From NCBI GenBank assembly GCA_032718475.1, contig JAUCBJ010008051.1, positions 1-42,077 on the forward strand: a DNA stretch of 42,077 nt, in the 5' to 3' direction. Position numbers and translations under genes: made by a program. Below the pieces are notes generated by a model, which was given only the letters and a program-made list of their open reading frames with translations, did no database searches and was not told the origin of the DNA. Below are positions 37,901-42,077 of the stretch, piece after piece. Positions within the stretch are counted from its first letter, which is position 1; the number at the start of each line of letters is the position of its first letter. The stretch is from Nemertoderma westbladi. Lineage: Eukaryota; Animalia; Xenacoelomorpha.

Positions 37901-38293
37901 CGAAGTCCATTGGTTTGGTATTGCTTTATATTGTTATAGACATTGTTATCAAAGGATTTTCATGAAATTTAGTACACAATCGTAATTATTAATAACATAA
38001 TATATTTTGGTGTCAAGAAATAAAGGACGAGCGCAGCGAGGCTTGTAACAAAGGAGACGAGTGTAGTGTACCAACTATTCATTATAGTCTTGAACGACCG
38101 TGCTTAGTACATTGTGCGACATAAAACGATACGAACAGTATCCCTATCGCCTATCCCAGGGGAATGTCATGACACAGTTGATAACGGATTCAACTAGCGG
38201 TAAATTGTCTATACACTATACATACATGGACCTCTCTATATATTCTTTATCTCTGGTCATTTACTATCCTAGCAGTTCTCAAGCCAGGTTCCA

Positions 38294-38525
38294 GTTATAG
38301 TTCATATGCGTACCTCTGGTATTTTCGTATTGCAAAAATAAGATTATAAGTATGAAATACCCTATGTTATTGAGATATTGTTTATTGTTTTGGTTAGAAA
38401 AGCCCACCACTGTAACCTGCTCCTTTCCGTTAATTAAGTAATGGAGATTAGTTTATTGTTTTGGTTACAAAACACCACCACTGTAACCTGCTTCTTTTGC
38501 CAGAGGTACGCATATGAACGATAAC
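38294..38525. mobile_element. MULE-type MITE with 10-bp TSD
   Basis: CCAGGTTCCA|GTTATAGTTCATATGCGTACCTCTGG ... CCAGAGGTACGCATATGAACGATAAC|CCAGGTTCCA. Confidence 0.8.
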
Positions 38526-38951
38526 CCAGGTTCCAGGTAACCACCACCCCCCCCCCCCCCCCCCCCCCCCTCCTCCACTCCCAACCGCCATTCTGATATT
38601 ATTACTATTATTATTAGGTACTTTATATTATTATTAGGTTCTTACTTTATATTACTAGTAGGTACTTTATGTTATTACTTTATTATTTATTACGATTGCC
38701 GACCCAATATTCCCCACCCCTGGGGAAACTAGGAGAATCAATATCCCGCCTCAATGTTAAATTCTCAATTTAGGGAAAGGAGCAGGTTACAGTGGCACGT
38801 TATTTTAAACAAAACAATAAACTAAACATAATATAACAGGTTACAGTTTTATTTTTGAGAGTAATCAACTGTTATTTGCGTCGAATTTCCCCGGAGAGGA
38901 ATGAATTTTTATTGCGTCCAGTTTCCCCCCCCTTATTTTGTCCCCTTCCCG

Positions 38952-41277
38952 TTATTCGGAGGAATTTAGTTTGTGCTGCCTTATCCAGTTATCACCAGAA
39001 TGTGAGTCGCGCCGTTTCTGCCTTTCCATAGATCGCTTTTGTACTCCATTAACCCTGCCCCGGTATGGTAAAAAATTATCCTTCACCGGTAACGTGGGGT
39101 ATTTTTATACCCCAAATTGATAAGACATTTTAAGTAACATTAAACAGAAAAACACTTGCAATCCCCCTCCCAGAATTTGCCAAATGGTGAAAAAATAAGT
39201 TGTGAATTTGTTTTTTCAATTTGGTTGAAGTCTACCCAACGCTCAATGCCACAAAAGTTATCCCACTACAATCGCGATCATCGTTAACATCGCGATAGGG
39301 CGTTTTGCAACAAGATACTATCATAGTGAAGCATTAGCTGTGAGAGTGTTACTCATTTTAGGTTTTTTAGTGGTGTTTTGGGTCAAGTATACCATTGCAG
39401 TTCCAAGAAGCATAAAATGAGTCAAATACCACCGCTGAAAGTCAACAAGGTGAAATATATATATATACAGATAGGCCCTACTGCCTTATATCCTCGCAAT
39501 AGCAGAAGATCTTGAATTGTAATATGAAGTATACACCATGCTGCCATGACTGCAAAAGTACTGATGATTTGGTCATAAAATGTGATTATTGTCCAACTAA
39601 ATTATACTTTATTGCAGTTACAATGAACCCAAAATGAGACCCAAAAGGACAGAACACCACTAAGAAAGCCTACAATAAGAATTATTCACATATACTTAGC
39701 AATCTATCGCATATCGCGATTAGGCCGAAGTCTTGGCTTTGAAATACAGGCCATACACAATACCAGAATACAGTGGCTTCATAATACTGATAATTTGGTC
39801 TTAAAAGACAAAGTTAAAACATGCCTCTAGCTCTACATACAGTACAACTAAATCGACCATTGTGGTTCCAAAGACACCAAAATGAGTCACAAAGTACCAC
39901 TAAACCAGCACCATAACGTTATGGGGTATTTTTATACCCCATCTTACCTAACTAAGTTGTTTTCAAATTAAAGGCCCATAACATTTTTCATAAACAGAAT
40001 TTTATGTGTTTGACCCACACAATTGTTAGATTACAAGTTTTTTGGAAGATACTATGAAGCTGGACATACATAATATGAGATATTGTCGAAAAATATCAAA
40101 CTTAATCCCCTTGGGGTATTATTTTACCCCACGTTACCGGGGGAGGGTTAAGAAGGGTGTTTGCTAAGGTAGAACAAGCAGCTATTGGTGGCAGTTGGGA
40201 TATACCGTAATAGACCGCAATAATGTGTATTACTTGAGTTAGTTGTTTGTAGTACCGTATATGTATAGTTCCATCATGTACAGCATCCACCCATGCAGCA
40301 GACGCCATCGCCATGGTCCTGGTCCACCATACCAGGTGATGCGGAGTAAGTTGTAATACACCACGAGTTAGGGCTTGGGTAAATATATTATCCTCCTCTT
40401 AAATATCACCTGTGATGTCTAACTCTGGGATTACCTTTACCAGGAATCCTGCGACGTATCCAGCTGCCTGAAACTCATCATAACTGACTTCAATATCCAC
40501 TAGCTGTTCAATTTTTCTCAGCATTTCCGTTGTTATTAGGACATACTTTCGGATGTTCAGGTGCTTTCAAAGTGGATGGGATATCGTCTAATAGAACAAA
40601 GTCTAAAGTATAAACTCAAGCTGAGACTTATATTTGGATGACTCAAGATCAATCGCGGCATTAACGTACTCCGTAGCTTTCGTAAGTAGCGATGTCGTAG
40701 TACCAACATTACGTTTCACGACTGCAATGACTTCTTCCAACTGAGACCAACGTATTAGTCGGCTATTACGAGCGAGGCAATGCGAAAACCCCAAGCTGCA
40801 ACCCAGCTGATCAACCGCCGATCGGCTGATACAAAGTTGACTCTTTGATGAAAGTGAAACCTGTCCAATATACTGTATACTTCGTTATGGAAAAAGAAGA
40901 GCAATACTTGGAACTGCGATAGTTTCACAAAAATGTCAGTACGTATCCTGCGATTCCCTTTTGCCTTTAGCCATGTAGAAACAACAGGCATGCAGGTTCA
41001 GTCAGCTGCAAAAAGCCCCCAATTAAATCTCACTCCATGCACTCATTAAGTAGCTGAAGTTGGCGTTCCTCAATGGGAGGGATGTCTCGTGGAGTGGGGG
41101 TCGCGGCGGAACTCACGATAAGGGAAGTCCAGGGAAGTATAACGGAATATTGTTGGTCGCAAGGAACCGCCAGGGACTTTCTTGTGCGGAATTCCCTTGG
41201 AAAACTCTGGTCACTACACGAACGGGATTTCCTGCGTAATTGCCGTCGCAGCCAAATACAGAACAATAATTAGGCAT
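38952..41277 (-). pseudogene. Decayed THAP-domain (P-element-like) transposase
   Basis: Fragments across frameshifts: MPNYCSVFGCDGNY (THAP start), IPLYFPGLP, LIRWSQLEEVI, SQLEFIL, AAGYVAGFL, FTQALTRG, CSTLANTLLN|GVQKRSMERQ...KLNSSE*. The catalytic core appears deleted. Confidence 0.72.
39053..40147. mobile_element. piggyBac-like non-autonomous element inserted into the transposase remnant
   Basis: TTAA at 39049-39052 and 40148-40151. CCCT...CCGGTAACGTGGGGTA inverted ends. Removing it restores the frame LLN-GVQ. Confidence 0.8.
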
Positions 41278-41873
41278 AATAATAATACAGTAATAATTAA
41301 CGTGTTCTGTTGGTAGTTTAACCGAATGTTGTAATACGGCACCTTAAATACCTACCTATAGTAATTCAGTAGGCCTAATTGATTTAATTACTACCAAATG
41401 GTACCACCTAGGCCTACCTGTACCGGAACGGTCGCGGTACCGTATGCCGTACCGGTACCATCATACTGTCATACGAGTACGGGCTACCACTGTCAGTGTC
41501 AGACTGTACCAGGGTAGGGCCATACTGCTGTACTGCCATACAGCCGTCCAGTTGAATGTACTGTAACTAGACTATCTGACTGTACTATTCCCATCCCATA
41601 CCAGAGGTAGCGTTAGGACTATAATACAGCTATAACTAATCATTCTACAGTTCTACGGTAGTACAGCAGTACAGTAGTAGGCTATTCAGGCAGTCAGGTA
41701 GTACAGCTTTCAGCAGTATGAAATGAATGGACTTCGCTAGCGAAGTCGGATCAGGCAATATGCCAGTCCTGTGTTGCATAGTAGTCCTTGGTTCAAATGC
41801 TTATCAGTCAGTCAGTAGTAACAACAACGTCAGAACATGGCCTTCGCCTGGTACGTACTAAAAGGTAGAACCA

Positions 41874-41990
41874 TCTATAACGGGCTATAACGATCTATAA
41901 CGCTGTAACGGGCTATAACGATCTATAACAGGCTATAAATTCCTATAAACAAGCTATAACCACCTATAACAGTATAACGAGCTATAATAT
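41874..41990 (+). repeat. Degenerate ~10-bp tandem repeat (CTATAACGRK)
   Basis: CTATAAC recurs about 10 times. Confidence 0.7.
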
Positions 41991-42077
41991 GAAAATTTAC
42001 ATTAAAAAACGCCCATAGGGTGTGTTTAACTTTTGGATTCGCACGGCGGTGTGAAAAATACCGCAGGTTAAAAATTA

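Larger units (their letters stand above)
37849..41790 (-). mobile_element. P-element/THAP9-like DNA transposon, internally deleted
   Basis: ~64-bp TIRs CAAGGACTACTAT...GACTTCGCTAGCGAAGTCCATT. 8-bp TSD GTTCAAAC/GTTCAAAT. CA...TG termini. Transposase remnant inside. Confidence 0.85.

Overview
AT-rich, repeat-dense eukaryotic (animal-like) genomic DNA with spliceosomal GT-AG introns; no prokaryotic, rRNA or CRISPR features. The main gene is a minus-strand Nopp140/NOLC1-family gene. It has one giant exon of 28 homogenised 165-bp (55-aa) acidic-serine/basic repeats, spliced to two small exons encoding a clear SRP40_C domain (25649-32993). Directly downstream lies a 5'-truncated, disabled tandem copy (17822-24556), and the junction between the copies is a piggyBac-like end sitting at a TTAA site. 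Other content: the 3' end of an L2/CR1-group LINE (1-~1430); a 7.9-kb near-perfect 58-bp G-rich satellite whose ancestral unit and CTCF-like variants can be read from the sequence; 34-bp and 49-bp minisatellites inside non-autonomous DNA elements; tRNA-derived SINEs; several MITEs; and a decayed P-element/THAP9-like transposon (37849-41790) with intact TIRs, a TSD and nested insertions. All family assignments come from motif recognition, not database searches.
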